Assembly: GCA_965140415.1 (NCBI GenBank)
Contig: OZ223209.1
Coordinates: forward strand, 2,464,001 to 2,528,000
Direction of reading: 5' to 3'
Length of the DNA stretch: 64,000 nucleotides
Source: Myxococcota bacterium
Lineage (GTDB): Bacteria; Myxococcota_A; SURF-8
Position 1 is the stretch's first letter. Every line of letters starts with the position of its first letter. The notes under the pieces were generated by a model. It saw nothing but the letters and a program-made list of their open reading frames with translations. It searched no databases and had not been told where the DNA came from. Positions 1 to 10,661 of this stretch are shown piece after piece. Made by a program: the position numbers and the translations under genes.

Positions 1-3000
1 GACGAGTGCCGTCTACACCGGAGAGTATCCAGCCGGTCATTTGACCGTCTTCAAAACTCTGGTAGGCGGCGGAAGAACAAGTGATGTTTTCATTCGCAAT
101 GGCAACAAGATTTACATCTGCGGATACGCCGCTGAAGCTTATTGGAACCGAAATGTTATTAGTCGGATCATCTCCTCCGATTTCAATCGTTCCTTCCGGG
201 GCGTTTGTATCGACAATGCAGGATGTATAAGCCGGTTCACTTGTAACGTTCCCTGCCGAATCCTTCAAGCATAGCCACAAGAAGTTACGAATTCCGCCTT
301 CCTCGCTGTCCTCACGGATCAAGTCAACAGCAGTGCTTGTGGAAAAGGGGATGTACGTTAAGGCATCTTCGTCCGAGCAGTCCGGGGTAACGAAGCCGGT
401 TGTGACGGCAATTGCCATACTGGCTGCATCGCTGTGGTTTCTGGTAATCGTGGCATCGGGACGTAAATCATTCGGGCCGCCTGCATCGCGATAGTAGGTT
501 TGATCCAGGCTTATTGTTCCGGTCGGTTCGACCAGATCGACATAGATCTGCGCCGTGCTCGCGTTGGTGTTTCCTGCGGCATCGCGGAAGCACACGGAGA
601 TAGAAACCATGCCTTCATCGCCTTGCGGTCGTGTGACGGTGTAGGGCAGGGAAGCCTGGGTGTAATCGGTCCAGGCCGTCAGATCGGCAGTATTGGCATT
701 GCATTGAGGGGTTGCGGTTTCCAACACCATGAACTGAGAAATCGAGTTGGCATTCACTGGTGGCGCCGGTAGCATTTGCAGGGTGACGGTCAACCCGTTG
801 GTCGGGCTGGTTTCGGCGATTGTCACAGTGCCGGTCGGCTTGGTTACATCCAGATATACGGTAGTCGTATCAAAGGCAACATTGTCGGCCTCGTCCTTAA
901 AGCAGACCTTAATGGTCTTCTCGCCTGTCGTCGAATTCACAACGCGAGAGGGATAGGGATTGAATGCTTCGTAAGTGGCAGTGCTACAATCTAATGAACC
1001 TCCACCAATGGACATCCGGTTGACATCTTCCGGTGCCGTTAAGTACAAGGCGATCGTCGGGTCGTTCGTGGGATCATCGCCACGGATCGTGACGGTGGCT
1101 TCTGTCGGAGCATCCAGATCCAAAACAATGCTGTCGGTGGCGATTGTCGTGCGCCCCGATGCATCGCGGAAGCATCCTGCAACCGTCACCGTGCCGGAGG
1201 TAGAACCCAGATCCAGTTGTTCGATGACCGGGTTACTATGGTTGTATGCAATGTAGCTGGCGCTGCTGCAATCGATGGAAGCCGTGCTTAATCGTTCGAC
1301 TGCAACTTCGGTAACGTCTGAACTGGCGGTCATGATGATATCGGCTGTGTTGTCGTTGGTCGGACCTTCCGCGTCGATCGTCAGTGTCGCAATCGGATTT
1401 TCGCTGTCGAGGAAGATCGAATCGCTGCTATTCGCCGCGTTTCCTGCCTGATCCGTCACTCGCAAATATACGAATTGAGTGCCGTTCCCACTTTCCAGGG
1501 TCCAACTGATGCTGGCCGCACCCGAACCGATATCAACTGTCGTACTGGTATTGAAAGACGCATCGTTACTGACGAGCACTGTAAGGTTGGCCGCCGTGCT
1601 GAGGTTGTCCTGCGCATTCACAGTTAACGATACGCTTCGGGACTGGGTGTAGCTGTCGCCATCGTTGATCTGGATGACCAGATTATGAGGTGCTGTCGTG
1701 TCCAGAATGATGGAACTCTCGATACTCGCAACGTTTCCTGCGGCATCTTTCAACTGTGCTTTGACCGTGCGTTCCCCGTTATTCGATGGCAGCAGCCAGG
1801 AACGGGCGGAAACGTAACTTTCCCAGGGCTCGGTTGTAAAGGTTGAGTTGTTGGTGATACGCATCGAGGTCACATTGGTGGTTGTGTCGTCTACATTGTC
1901 GAAAGAAAGGGTAACGAGTCGATTGTTCGTGCGCTCGTCTCCATCGTTAATCGAAAGCGTACCACTCGGAAGATCCAGATCCAACACCACGCTGTCGCTG
2001 GCGCTGGACGTATTTCCCGCCGCATCCTTGAAACACACGGAAACCGTGATCGTGCCGCTGCTGTCACCGAGCGACCAGGAGGAAATCTGCGACTGGTAAG
2101 GCGTGTCCACTCCGCTGGAACAGTCGATGCTGTCCGTGTTTTCGATCTTCATGTGGGTGGTGTCGGCGCTGGAGGACAGATTCAACGTTGCCGTGTTAAC
2201 GCGAGTCGGGTCCGAACCGAGAATGCTGACGGAAGCTGTGGGATTTTCACTGTCCAGTACGATGTCATCCGTAGAATCGGTTAGATTCCCCGCTTCATCG
2301 ACGATTCGTACATACACGTTTTTAGAGCCATCGCCTTCCGATAAGGTCCAGGCTGTCGTGGCTTGACCGTTGGTGGTCGAAACTGACGTGGCGCCACTGA
2401 ATGACGGTTCGTTGGAGAAGTAGACAACCAGGTCGTTTTGCCCGGTCTCATTGTCTGTTGCAGAGACTGCAAGTGTTACGTTGCGGCTGTTGGTGTAGTC
2501 GTCGTCGCTATTGATTTCGAAACTGGTGATGACCGGAGCCTGGTTATCCAGAATGATGTCATCCGTCAGTAACAGAATATTTCCGGCTGCATCTTTAACC
2601 TGGGCATACACGGTGTGACTGCCATTGGTGGAAGGCAGAACCCAGCCACGAGAAGAAACGAAGACTTCCCATGACAGGCCGTCGAAGGCATTGACGTTGT
2701 TGATCCGCATGGCGGTGACATCGGTTGTGGCGTCGCTGACATCGAAGGTTAATGTAACCGCGGCGTTGTCCGTATGGCTGGCATCTTGGTCGATGACCAT
2801 CGTACCGGTTGGATCGTCCATGTCCAGCGTGACGGGAATTTCAATCGGGCCGTCGGTATGCCCGGCGTTGTCTCGGAAAGAGACCGAAACGCTGCATGCT
2901 CCGGTGTCGCCACAATCACCACCTTCGGTCGTGTCCAGCGTAATGGATGTCTGGCTGCTGAAGGAGATCCACTGAAAGGTGTCTGCGGTGTCAGTGACAT

Positions 3001-6000
3001 CCCCTTCGATGTACATCTGGTCCGCCCCTGCCGCATAGGCGATCAGGTTGCAGTCCGGATCGTTCAGGTATTCGCCTTCTTCGATATAGGCATAGGAGCC
3101 GGAAGGTCCGGCGCTGTCCAGAATCGTGCTGTCGCTGGCTTCAACCAGATTGCCGGCCAGATCCTGAACACGCAGATAAACGGTTTTCTGGCCATCGCCT
3201 TCGGACAAGGTCCAGTTGCGCGTGACTCCGCCAGTTGTGTAGCTGCCGGATTCGCTGCTATCGGCAGGGAAGGTCGGGGAGTTTGAAAGCAGATACACCA
3301 GATCCTCGTCCGCGCTAATGCCGTCCTGTGCGGTAATGGTAATGGATACAGTGCCGCTTTGGCTGTAGCCGTCCGTGTCGTTGATGACCAACGACGCGCT
3401 TGGGGCGGCGGTATCCAGCGTAATACTGGCATTGGCCTGGGCCGTATTTCCCGCAAGGTCGATGACTTCTATCCAAACGGTTTTCTCTCCATCCAAAGTC
3501 GGGAGCATCCAACTTTTGGAATCCTGCACCGGTTCATAACTTTCCGTGGTGAAAGGCGCATTGTTGGTCAGCCGCATACCGGCAAGACCGCCCCAGGGTT
3601 CACCATCGGCAGCCAGAATCGTCAATGTAACGGCCCGGCTGTTGCTGTACTCGGCATCCTCGTTGATCTGTAGCGAGACCGTCGGGTCGCTTTCGTCTAG
3701 ATAAAATGAGGTAGTGACACAGTTGGAAACGTTGTGCGCTTCGTCGCGGAACATCACGCTAAAGGTTTTCTGGCCGTTACCGGCGGTTGCCGTAACGGAT
3801 TTCTGCGTGACATATGGCGTCCAGTTGGTTTGCGGACATGTGTCCGATTCGTGTACGGAAAGTTCGCTTGCACCAATGGCGTTTAACGACAACGTCACGG
3901 TGGCGTCGTTTACGATGCTGCCTTGAACAACGGAAATCTGCTCGCCGTAGGGAGCGATGCGATCTAAAATGACCGTTTTCTGGGAGGGTTCGGAGGCATT
4001 GCCTGCGATATCGACGTAGCGCGCGTATACAAGCTGCACACCATCCAGATCGTCCAGCATGAAATCGACCAGTCCGCCTACTGGCAGATCGAACGGCGCT
4101 TCGGAAAAGGCGATTTCGCTGTCGATTTGTACCCGAACATCCGTTGGGGCGTTGGTGAATTGAAGCTGAATGGCTTCGCTGCGTGCATATGAACCGTGAA
4201 TGTCATCACCGGCAAGTGCGAATTGGGGCGAATTCGGCGCAGTCGTGTCCAGGATGACGCTGTCGAAATAGTCGGCATTGGTGCCGATGGCGTTGCCTGC
4301 ATCGTCGCTGAATTGGATAAATACGGCGTGCAGTGTTTCTTCCAATGGTAGCACCCAGGTGCGGCTGGTTTGGTAGGCTTCCCAATCGGCCCCGGCGAAA
4401 CTGGGTTGATTGCTGATTTTCATACGATCTGCACCGCTGGCTTCGATAGAAAGTCGCACGGAACTCGTCGTGCTGTATTTGTCTTCGCCATCTTCCACTT
4501 CCGCGTCGATGGCAAAGTGGACAAACTGCGGCGGTGTCGTGTCCAGTATGATTGAATCTGAAACGATTGCGCTTTGATTGCCTGCAGGGTCCACAAAGTA
4601 TGCGTATACGCTTTTCTCGCCGTCTTCCGTTGGAGCGGCGAGCATGTAGGTTACGAGCGGTGTATACGCTCTCGGCTGGAAATCCGTTCCGTTACTGGAA
4701 AGATAAACGAAGTCCACGCCGTTATCGTCGTAGGCGGAAAGAGCCAAGGCGACTAGCCCGGCTGCACTGTTGGTGTACTCGGCATCGTCGTTGATGAGCA
4801 GTTGCGCCAGGTTAGGTTCGATTCGGTCAAGTATGATGGACGCGGAGAAGGTATCGGAAGGGACGAAGTTGGTGTCCATGAATTGGACGTAAATGGTCTT
4901 GGGACCGTCTTCAATCGCTTTGTCTCCGCTGTCGGCGAATGTATAGGCATAATGAATGGTGCCGTCGGGATCGACTGTAACGGTGCCTTCCGTCTGTAGA
5001 GTCGTCAGATCCACAAATGGAGGTTCCGTGATATCCGGGTTGAGGAAGAAGGCATCGTCTTCACTCACGCGTATCATAGCGGCATTATCGTATTCAAGCG
5101 CGAGATCGACAAGCACCTGATTGGTATAGGCTGCGCCACCTTCGATGTTGAAGTCGCCGGTTTGCGGTGAAAGCAGCAGGGGGGTGTCGCCATCGTTGAC
5201 GGCGCTGGTCTGCTCTTCCAGAACCTGTACTCCGTCGAGATTGCGTTGCTGGAAACCATCTTTCGTTGCAATCAATTCGTAGCTGCCGGTAATGATCTCA
5301 TCCCGGTAAAAGTAACCGGAAGAGTCTGTGACCATCGTGTAGCCGGTGCCCGCCAGTTTCAACAGAATACCGGCGTGATCGGAGCGCCCGACGAGACGCG
5401 CATAACCTTCAATGCCTCCGCGTGCGAGATTCAACTGTAACAAACCAACGGGAGCATCTTCTCCGGGAGAAACGGTTACGAATTCCGAACGCGCTTCGGA
5501 ATAGCCGTCTTTGTTGGCAGCTACATAAGCATAGGAACCGACAAGCACATCGGGAATCGTAAAGGTTCCATTTTGTTCAATAACGGCTTGAGGCGCGGTC
5601 GTGCCTCCTAAAGACAGAACGACATCGTCCAGCGCTGCCGACCCTTCGATACCCAGTTGCCCGCTGATGCTTCCATAGCGATCTGTCAGCGTCAGAGTTC
5701 CTGCATCTGCTGCTGTCGCAGCACGCACCTGCAACACGCCACTGGCGGCATTCTGGAAACGGGCTTTCTTGGCGATAAGGGAAGTATAAAGACCGACGGC
5801 AACATGCGGGATTGTGAAACTTCCATTTTCCGTATCGATTTCGGCGTTTTCGATCAGGGAGCCGTCCAACTCGAAGCTGATTCCCGTAAAGGGATCGGTT
5901 GTATCGGCTGGATTCGTGGCGAGTTGTCCGATGATCTTCCCATAGAGTGAGGAAAGCGTGAGTGTACCCAAGTCCGAAGTTTGACCCGGTGAGACGATAA

Positions 6001-7855
6001 TGGCTCCGGTTTGCGCCGGGGAGAAATCGCTTTTGGAAACGGTTAGCGAGCCATAGGTTCCATATGGGATGTCGGAAATCGTGAAACTGCCGTCCGTATC
6101 ATTAACGGAAACGCTGCCAACTCCACTGCCGAGGGTTTGCCCGTCGAGAGCAAAGTTCAGATCCGCGTATGGGGTCTGGGTATCTGCGGGAATGATGCTG
6201 ATGATACCGGACAGCGAACCGGTGGTATCCAGTGTGATGTCGTCCTGTACGGCTTCGGTTTCATTTCCGGCGTCATCGGCGAACTTGGCGTAAACGGTAT
6301 GCGAACTGCTGCGGCTGCCGTTTGCGGCCAATCGCCATCCCGCCACCGTGGGGCTGTAGGTTTGCCAGTTTGCATCACCGAAGCCGGAATCGTTGGAGAT
6401 CTTCATTTTGCTTGCGCCGCTGATGTCGAAATCCAGTGTGACGAGAGCCTGGGCGGTAAATTCATCGCCTTCATTGATCAACAACGCCTGCGTCCCCGCC
6501 TGTGGGGCGATGTTATCGAAAAGGATTGTATCCGAAACCGGGTCGGATTCGTTCCCGGCACCATCGATGAACGACACGATAACCGGCAATTCCACGCCGT
6601 CGCCCTCATTTGGTACGGGTAGTGTGACGGTGTCTGCCAGGGTATAGTCTACGACCGTTTCTTCATCCAGTTCGCCGTCAAGGCTCACGCGCATACCGAC
6701 GACTTCGGAATAGCGATCCTGTGCGGACAAGCTCAACTCAACCACGCCATCGGTGGTATATGTCTCTCCTTGGTTGATCAGCACCTTCGTGCTCTGTGGT
6801 GGCGTCGTATCGAGCGTAATGCTGTCCGATGTTTCCTCGGAGGGCAGGCCATCAAAGGTTTCATAACGACCATAGACCGTTTTTAGCCCGTCGCCTTCGG
6901 AAAGAGTGAAATCAAGGGTGATGTCGAGCTGTTCGACATCCGAGATTTCCCCGTTCTGCGTTGATTCATCTTCAAAAGTCGGATCTTCGGAAAGCCACCA
7001 GAATTTGATGGGACCGGAGGAGCGTAATGTTACCGGGACTGTGGTTTTGTTCGTGAATGCCGCACCTTGAGCGATCAGCACCGCGCCCTGGCTTGAAATC
7101 AGCCGGGAATCGGGCAGACGTTGCGAATCCTTGTCGACTTCTACTTCATCACTGTCGTTGGAATAGCCTTCTTTTCCCGCAATGAGCAGATAAGAGCCGA
7201 ACGGAACGCCGTCGAGCAGGTAGTTGCCGTTTTCATCCGTCAACGCGGTATAGGTCAATTCCTGGGTGGCATCTTCCGTTTCTACATCGCCATCTTCCGG
7301 CAAGGTCGAATCGCCATCTTCGTCACCGGCGAAAATGCGCTTTCTGGCGGCAGCGGAAGTGGAGGATGTTTGTCTCAACGAGATCATGACTCCCGAGAAG
7401 TTCTCGATGGCATTTCCCGCCGCATCGATGCCTTCCAGGGTCACGTTGCCTGTAAGCAGCGCTCTGCGTTTGGTCAGTTGAACGAGCGGAAGAGCGACGC
7501 TGTCCGCTGCGGTGATGGTGAAATCCAGAGTGTTCTCTGCATACCCGGTCATACTGAAACGAGCCGACCAGGAACCGGGAACAACCGATCCTTCAAAGGA
7601 GTAGCTGCCGTCGGCAACGGACGTCGTTGTCAACGTCTGTCCCTCTCCTTCGATCGTGATGGTTACACCATCCTGTTGTCCGGCACTTTGAAACTCCAGT
7701 TCAACCTGTCCCGTAACCGAGGCTTTGGCCTGGTCTTCCGGTGGCGTGTCCGGATCGAAGGGGTTGGTCGCGCTTAAATCGTAGTCGCAAGCCACGATCA
7801 GAAGCATTGAAAGCAGGCTCAGTAAAACGCTAACAAAGGTTTGAGTTCGTATCAT
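1..7855 (-). CDS. Giant repetitive surface lipoprotein (Ig-like/beta-sandwich repeats); 3' end runs off the window
   Basis: ATG at 7855 gives MIRTQTFVSVLLSLLSMLLIVA-C-DYDLSATNPFDPD (signal peptide plus lipobox Cys). The same frame was read by hand at 1442-1490 (GNGTQFVYLRVTDQAG) and at 2-170 (...SFEDGQMTGWILSGVDGTR). DxAGN motifs recur about every 290 nt. Not every codon was checked for stops. Confidence 0.88.
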   Translation of the reverse strand, partial: MIRTQTFVSVLLSLLSMLLIVACDYDLSATNPFDPDTPPEDQAKASVTGQVELEFQSAGQQDGVTITIEGEGQTLTTTSVADGSYSFEGSVVPGSWSARFSMTGYAENTLDFTITAADSVALPLVQLTKRRALLTGNVTLEGIDAAGNAIENFSGVMISLRQTSSTSAAARKRIFAGDEDGDSTLPEDGDVETEDATQELTYTALTDENGNYLLDGVPFGSYLLIAGKEGYSNDSDEVEVDKDSQRLPDSRLISSQGAVLIAQGAAFTNKTTVPVTLRSSGPIKFWWLSEDPTFEDESTQNGEISDVEQLDITLDFTLSEGDGLKTVYGRYETFDGLPSEETSDSITLDTTPPQSTKVLINQGETYTTDGVVELSLSAQDRYSEVVGMRVSLDGELDEETVVDYTLADTVTLPVPNEGDGVELPVIVSFIDGAGNESDPVSDTILFDNIAPQAGTQALLINEGDEFTAQALVTLDFDISGASKMKISNDSGFGDANWQTYSPTVAGWRLAANGSRSSSHTVYAKFADDAGNETEAVQDDITLDTTGSLSGIISIIPADTQTPYADLNFALDGQTLGSGVGSVSVNDTDGSFTISDIPYGTYGSLTVSKSDFSPAQTGAIIVSPGQTSDLGTLTLSSLYGKIIGQLATNPADTTDPFTGISFELDGSLIENAEIDTENGSFTIPHVAVGLYTSLIAKKARFQNAASGVLQVRAATAADAGTLTLTDRYGSISGQLGIEGSAALDDVVLSLGGTTAPQAVIEQNGTFTIPDVLVGSYAYVAANKDGYSEARSEFVTVSPGEDAPVGLLQLNLARGGIEGYARLVGRSDHAGILLKLAGTGYTMVTDSSGYFYRDEIITGSYELIATKDGFQQRNLDGVQVLEEQTSAVNDGDTPLLLSPQTGDFNIEGGAAYTNQVLVDLALEYDNAAMIRVSEDDAFFLNPDITEPPFVDLTTLQTEGTVTVDPDGTIHYAYTFADSGDKAIEDGPKTIYVQFMDTNFVPSDTFSASIILDRIEPNLAQLLINDDAEYTNSAAGLVALALSAYDDNGVDFVYLSSNGTDFQPRAYTPLVTYMLAAPTEDGEKSVYAYFVDPAGNQSAIVSDSIILDTTPPQFVHFAIDAEVEDGEDKYSTTSSVRLSIEASGADRMKISNQPSFAGADWEAYQTSRTWVLPLEETLHAVFIQFSDDAGNAIGTNADYFDSVILDTTAPNSPQFALAGDDIHGSYARSEAIQLQFTNAPTDVRVQIDSEIAFSEAPFDLPVGGLVDFMLDDLDGVQLVYARYVDIAGNASEPSQKTVILDRIAPYGEQISVVQGSIVNDATVTLSLNAIGASELSVHESDTCPQTNWTPYVTQKSVTATAGNGQKTFSVMFRDEAHNVSNCVTTSFYLDESDPTVSLQINEDAEYSNSRAVTLTILAADGEPWGGLAGMRLTNNAPFTTESYEPVQDSKSWMLPTLDGEKTVWIEVIDLAGNTAQANASITLDTAAPSASLVINDTDGYSQSGTVSITITAQDGISADEDLVYLLSNSPTFPADSSESGSYTTGGVTRNWTLSEGDGQKTVYLRVQDLAGNLVEASDSTILDSAGPSGSYAYIEEGEYLNDPDCNLIAYAAGADQMYIEGDVTDTADTFQWISFSSQTSITLDTTEGGDCGDTGACSVSVSFRDNAGHTDGPIEIPVTLDMDDPTGTMVIDQDASHTDNAAVTLTFDVSDATTDVTAMRINNVNAFDGLSWEVFVSSRGWVLPSTNGSHTVYAQVKDAAGNILLLTDDIILDNQAPVITSFEINSDDDYTNSRNVTLAVSATDNETGQNDLVVYFSNEPSFSGATSVSTTNGQATTAWTLSEGDGSKNVYVRIVDEAGNLTDSTDDIVLDSENPTASVSILGSDPTRVNTATLNLSSSADTTHMKIENTDSIDCSSGVDTPYQSQISSWSLGDSSGTITVSVCFKDAAGNTSSASDSVVLDLDLPSGTLSINDGDERTNNRLVTLSFDNVDDTTTNVTSMRITNNSTFTTEPWESYVSARSWLLPSNNGERTVKAQLKDAAGNVASIESSIILDTTAPHNLVIQINDGDSYTQSRSVSLTVNAQDNLSTAANLTVLVSNDASFNTSTTVDIGSGAASISWTLESGNGTQFVYLRVTDQAGNAANSSDSIFLDSENPIATLTIDAEGPTNDNTADIIMTASSDVTEVAVERLSTASIDCSSASYIAYNHSNPVIEQLDLGSTSGTVTVAGCFRDASGRTTIATDSIVLDLDAPTEATVTIRGDDPTNDPTIALYLTAPEDVNRMSIGGGSLDCSTATYEAFNPYPSRVVNSTTGEKTIKVCFKDEADNVAFDTTTVYLDVTKPTGTVTIAETSPTNGLTVTLQMLPAPPVNANSISQFMVLETATPQCNANTADLTAWTDYTQASLPYTVTRPQGDEGMVSISVCFRDAAGNTNASTAQIYVDLVEPTGTISLDQTYYRDAGGPNDLRPDATITRNHSDAASMAIAVTTGFVTPDCSDEDALTYIPFSTSTAVDLIREDSEEGGIRNFLWLCLKDSAGNVTSEPAYTSCIVDTNAPEGTIEIGGDDPTNNISVPISFSGVSADVNLVAIANENITCSSAAYQSFEDGQMTGWILSGVDGTR

Positions 7856-7905
7856 GTTCCGATCTCCACTCATCGGTTGTTCCTCCAGTAAAGCAGGCTC
7901 GTGCG

Positions 7906-8910
7906 TTAGTAGCTCAGCAGTACGTTCAATCCCACAGCCGGGGCTTCTGTCGTACCCAACATGCCGGGAGCGACATTCGTATCGACGGCGGAAACCTTTT
8001 CAACGCCTTGCTCGGTGCGCCGGTAATTGGGACCGCTGATGGCGGCATCCAGCACGTTGATCAGCCAAACGCCTACGGCTGCACCGATCATGATGTCTCT
8101 TGCGAGCCACAAGTCGTTACGCTTGTCTTGCAGTTCCTGGCGCTTGTTCGGGTTCTTCTGGAAGTCCTCCAGCGTCAAGTTTTCGTAGTCGTCCTGTACG
8201 GCGGCTCCTGTGAAGTGCAGTGCCAATACAGCCGCTACCGAAGCGATTTCTGCCGAAATGAAGACACCGGCTTTGATCGGTTCTTCGTTGTATAGCTGCC
8301 CCCAGCCGGGAGCGATCATGGAACGATAAGCCGCCCCCCAACTGCTTTTCAAAACAACCGCCTCGCTGCCGATGGCGATCAGGTGCGAGGAATGTACCTC
8401 GACCTGTTGAGCGCTTAGCGCAGTTCCGTTTTCACGGGATACGGCGCGCACGTTGATGAGGTAACGGTCGCCGACTTCGCTGACCGATCCCAGAATCAGG
8501 ATGTCCGCTCCGACCAGACCCGCAACTTCCGCCGCTTTTTCGTCGTCGATCAGCCCCAGTTGAGCCATTTCGGCTTCCTTCAGGATATCTGCCAGTCGTT
8601 CGCGTTCAACTAGGACATAGCCCTTGTTGGCGAGCTTCGTATGCAGTTCTCCTTGAACGGCAGCGCCCAACTCCTTTTGCCTGGCCTGCTCGCCATTTTC
8701 CGCCAACTTCATTACGGCCAGTGTGGCGTCGGATTTGCCCATGTTCTGCAAATCGAGATCCAGTTGATCGACCAGTAGATCCAATGAAGAAGTGACTTTT
8801 CCCTTGTCCTGGTCTGCTGGCGGCTCTTTAGCTTGTGCTTCGGCGGCGAAGGCAATTCTACAAAGAGATAGGCACAACAAAACCCCTACGAGTAAAGCTG
8901 TTCGTTTCAC
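7906..8910 (-). CDS. Exported protein with CsgG/FlgO-like domain and C-terminal DUF5683-like membrane segment
   Basis: Signal peptide; VLVERERLADILKE...GLID...A.EVAGLVGAD.LILGSV pattern typical of CsgG/FlgO/TolB-N-like domains; AAYRSMIAPGWGQLYN motif followed by hydrophobic helices. Confidence 0.7.
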   Translation of the reverse strand: MKRTALLVGVLLCLSLCRIAFAAEAQAKEPPADQDKGKVTSSLDLLVDQLDLDLQNMGKSDATLAVMKLAENGEQARQKELGAAVQGELHTKLANKGYVLVERERLADILKEAEMAQLGLIDDEKAAEVAGLVGADILILGSVSEVGDRYLINVRAVSRENGTALSAQQVEVHSSHLIAIGSEAVVLKSSWGAAYRSMIAPGWGQLYNEEPIKAGVFISAEIASVAAVLALHFTGAAVQDDYENLTLEDFQKNPNKRQELQDKRNDLWLARDIMIGAAVGVWLINVLDAAISGPNYRRTEQGVEKVSAVDTNVAPGMLGTTEAPAVGLNVLLSY

Positions 8911-9162
8911 GTTTCCCTCTCAAGGTAAATGATGTTGCTGTCCACTTAGTCCATACAGGACTACTGACTGGACATTCAGTAAATTATTCACATTTTTTTG
9001 AAGTCGACTGCCCTTCGGTAGAAATAGAATAACATTATAGTCGGTAGGGTCAAGTGGAACCTATCTTGTAGAGGAAAAAGTATGTGAGTTTTATTGGAAG
9101 TTTTCTAAAGATAAAACAAGGACAGGGAATTTGGAAAAAATAGAGGTGTTTCTCTCTGAAAA

Positions 9163-9690
9163 TCAGAGAAAATCGGGAATGTCCAGCATGGAGCAGCGTA
9201 AATTCGCATCAATTCCGACGGTTTGCGTAAACAGCCCATTGATCTGGTACAGCAGTTTGGAAAGGAGTGCTTGTCGAATGCTTTCGGATAGATCGATGCC
9301 TTCTAGAGAAGGGTAATTCAACTCGCAACTTCGCTCGACCTGTTGTTCTTGAGGTGAATCGGAGATATCCAACAGCAAGCCATGCGTTCGGCATAGCAGC
9401 GGCCTGGCTTCGTAAAGCAGGCAGCAGCCATTAACAAGCAAAGGGCAGGGCGAATCGGCCTGGCCTTGTTTGTATTCTCGTAAATGTCCAAGAATATCAG
9501 CTTGTTCGGAGTCTTCTCTTTGTTTTAGTGAGTGGGCAGCATAAGCCACTTCAACCGGATAGAAGCTTAAGTTAAATTGGCAACAGGCATCGCAACCGGC
9601 TTTGCAGACCAGATGGTCGGAATGCTTCGCTTCCAGTTGTGCCACGGTTTGATCGACTTTGGAAATGACTTGTAGATATTGATCGAACAT
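9163..9690 (-). CDS. YkgJ-family cysteine-cluster (Zn/Fe-chelating) protein
   Basis: CKAGCDACC ... CPLL...C.LYEARPLLCR motif. Confidence 0.85.
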   Translation of the reverse strand: MFDQYLQVISKVDQTVAQLEAKHSDHLVCKAGCDACCQFNLSFYPVEVAYAAHSLKQREDSEQADILGHLREYKQGQADSPCPLLVNGCCLLYEARPLLCRTHGLLLDISDSPQEQQVERSCELNYPSLEGIDLSESIRQALLSKLLYQINGLFTQTVGIDANLRCSMLDIPDFL

Positions 9691-9725
9691 GGCATTCTTT
9701 CAACTGGCTGATAACACAAGCAAAT

Positions 9726-10661
9726 CTATTGTTCCTGAGCGCTTTGTCCCATTCCGGCAGGCAGTGTGCCGTTTTTTTGCATGATCGAAAAGAAGTTCAC
9801 GAAAGTCGCGGAGTCCCAGTTTCTTGAACCGATGAAACGTGCAACGATTTTTCCCTGTTTGTCGATCACCCAGGTCTCGGGAAATTTGATTGTGCCATAT
9901 TCTGTCGCCACTTTTTTGTCTTTATCGAGCAGGATATTCAAGCCCACATTGGGAAGCGCCTTCTGAATGTCCTCGAAAGAACTATCCACGCTGACCGCCA
10001 GAACCGATAAGCCCATGGTTTCCGCTCGCTTGGTCAGCCTTTCCAGGCTCGGGACTTCCTCCAGGCAGGGTTTGCACCAGGTCGCCCAGAAGTTCAGCAG
10101 GATGATTTTTCCAAGGTGATCGGATAGTTTGACCGGATTGCCGTCTTTGTCTGGCAGCGTGAAGTCTTTGAAATCCTTGGCTTGTTTGGGGTCGTAGAAT
10201 TCATGGGCGCTGGGAGAGGCTGTTGGTTCGGCAGAACCTCCTTCGGGGGCTGCCTGTTGAAGGGAACTTCCTCCCATCATGCCTTTCATGCCTTGTTGTT
10301 GCATTACCGGCGGATGGTCTGCCGGCAGTGCAGAGCCTTCTGCTACTTTGAAAAACAATTCATTGCTGGTTTGATCTCCCACAATAACGGAGACCAATCC
10401 CGAGCGGGCGTCTGCGGGCACCCGGACGGAAAGTCCACCGGGGAAGGTGGCTTCAGCAGCGACGCTTCGTTCATTGAAAAAGACCATCGTTCGCTGCGGG
10501 TCTCCATCCAGTCCATTTCCGGTTAGTTGAATGAGTTCTCCTGCTCGGGCACTATTGGGTGTAATGGAATCGAGGCTTAATCCGCTATCGAAAAGCCCAA
10601 GCTTCAGAGCGATGATGACGCCAATCAGAAGAACCACTAAAATTGCAAAACCTTGTTTCAT
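9726..10661 (-). CDS. Membrane-anchored TlpA/ResA-type thiol:disulfide oxidoreductase with N-terminal IPT/TIG domain
   Basis: N-terminal TM (start reassigned to MKQGFAIL at 10661); LDSITPNSARAGELIQLTG IPT-like domain; LLNFWATWCKPC thioredoxin motif and FPETWVID. Confidence 0.85.
   Translation of the reverse strand: MKQGFAILVVLLIGVIIALKLGLFDSGLSLDSITPNSARAGELIQLTGNGLDGDPQRTMVFFNERSVAAEATFPGGLSVRVPADARSGLVSVIVGDQTSNELFFKVAEGSALPADHPPVMQQQGMKGMMGGSSLQQAAPEGGSAEPTASPSAHEFYDPKQAKDFKDFTLPDKDGNPVKLSDHLGKIILLNFWATWCKPCLEEVPSLERLTKRAETMGLSVLAVSVDSSFEDIQKALPNVGLNILLDKDKKVATEYGTIKFPETWVIDKQGKIVARFIGSRNWDSATFVNFFSIMQKNGTLPAGMGQSAQEQ

Noticed and set aside
41-7777. Many short ORFs on both strands in the ORF track
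   Set aside because: Shadows of the single long minus-strand lipoprotein frame; no motifs of their own.
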